Source: Prorocentrum cordatum (Eukaryota). From it: a stretch of 64,000 nucleotides of DNA. How positions within the stretch are numbered: position 1 is the stretch's first letter; every line of letters begins with the position of its first letter. Positions 62,491-64,000 of the stretch are shown piece after piece. Below the pieces are notes generated by a model, which was not told the origin of the DNA, did no database searches, and saw only the letters and a program-made list of their open reading frames with translations. The position numbers and the translations under genes were made by a program. The stretch covers positions 1 through 64,000 of the forward strand of contig CAUYUJ010000177.1 in NCBI GenBank assembly GCA_963575745.1, in the 5' to 3' direction.

Positions 62491-64000
62491 TGCGCGGCAC
62501 CGGCCGCCGGAGGACCAACATTTGGTCCGGCCGCGGCCCAGCCACAGGAGGATGTCGGGACACCAGCAGGACACCGGCGGGGCACCTCGCGGCACCGGCC
62601 GCCGGAGGAGCAACTTTTGGTCTGGCCGCGGCCCAGCCACAGGAGGATTTCCTCTCGCCCGCCCACGCAGCTTCGCCTCGCACGCACGCACGGCACGCAC
62701 GACACGAACCCGAAACCGAAATCGATTTCCCGGTAAGGGGGGTCTCCGTTTCACGTCGGACTCCCCCCCCCACTTCCGACCACATTTGCATACATATAAC
62801 GATAACTATACATATACACATACACCTATTCATATACATTTACGGTTACATTTAAATATACATATCACTATACTTATACATTACATTATACATCTATATA
62901 TCTATGTATATGTATATACATATAGATATGCATGCGCATACGCATAAACATATACCTGTACGCATACATATTTACACACACATATTTATGCATACACAAA
63001 GACATGCGAGTGTACATGTTTCGGCACACGTACATATACCTATGCAGCTACATGTACATCTAAACATACATTTACATAGACACACACATACATACACATG
63101 TACATTTATATTATACATTATACGTCATACATATACATGAACACGTACATCTACACATACTTTTACATGTACAACTAAGCATACGTATACATATAGATAC
63201 ATATTCACGCATATACATATGCATGCACACATACACATGCACATACACGTACACATGCATATACACATGTGCGTATACTTATATTGACGCGTTTGCATGC
63301 ACATATACAATTATACATTTACCTGCATATGAGTACATACACACGTATTCACATAGATATACATATATTTACATATACATCTGCCTATACATACATACAT
63401 ATATACTGCGACGACGACTTTTTGGTCCATTCTTAGGTCGCTGTGGGATGGCCTCGAGAGGTTTTGGAAGTCACTTGGGCCGTTGGCGTAAGCACTGGTC
63501 ACAAATTAGCCTGGCGAAGGACCCAACCATATGCAGTTGAGAGTACCGCAATTGTGAATCTCTTCTTCGGTGGCGCTCCCTATGGGGCCACGAGCCGTAT
63601 GAGGGGTGGCCGAAACGTGGCACCAACCGCGAAGACATAGGTCCGAAAAAAGCCGCTGCGACGCGCAGCGAGTCTGGAATGAATCGTTGTTTTATCGCAT
63701 GGCGCGGCGCGTGTCCCAGTTTGGGCTGCGTGACCCCTCGCGAGACTTCCCTGGGACCCCTGTGGCAGGGGTGCGGGAGTGCGGACGGCACACTCCCGGT
63801 GGAGCCCTGGGGCCAGGGTGAGGGGTGTGCCGAGAGGCGGAGGGCCAGGGGCCTTTGGAGGGGTGCCGGAGTGTGCGGGACGCCATGCGGGAGGGACGGC
63901 GGGCAGGGAGGTCGCATGATGCGTGCCGAAATGGTGGGCTGACGGGGCGGTGGGAGTCCCTATGGGGCCACGGAGGGGTGTGGAAATGGGTGTGCGGGAA

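Larger units (their letters stand above)
55503..64000 (+). repeat. Segmental duplication, copy 2 (garbled beyond ~63607, runs off the window)
   Basis: Near-identical to 12666 onward. Confidence 0.95.

Overview
Eukaryotic, GC-rich, repeat-dominated DNA. Degenerate dinoflagellate spliced-leader (DinoSL) relics and a DNA-methyltransferase-carrying DIRS element point to a dinoflagellate (inference). The only host gene I can support is a five-exon Derlin (Der1-like ERAD membrane protein, ~214 aa) at 10058-14305 (+). Its exons join colinearly with the Derlin family only if at least three of the four introns use non-GT/GC/GA-AG boundaries. All four introns have mutually complementary ends, and the gene lies just downstream of SL-like relics. 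This is the main candidate for an undescribed system. The window also holds: a near full-length frameshifted LINE (ORF1, APE endonuclease, RT, zinc finger, RNase H) at 94-6808 (-); a decayed DIRS-like element (C5-DNMT, RNase H-like, tyrosine recombinase) at ~42.7-45.2 kb; a heavily decayed second LINE at ~53.4-55.5 kb; an inverted pair of elements carrying a 90-bp satellite (21.0-26.2 kb); several MITE, minisatellite and microsatellite families; a 100-N gap; and an ~8.5-kb near-identical duplication (12.7-21.1 kb vs 55.5-64 kb) that may be an assembly artefact. Most ORFs in the supplied track are spurious products of repeats.
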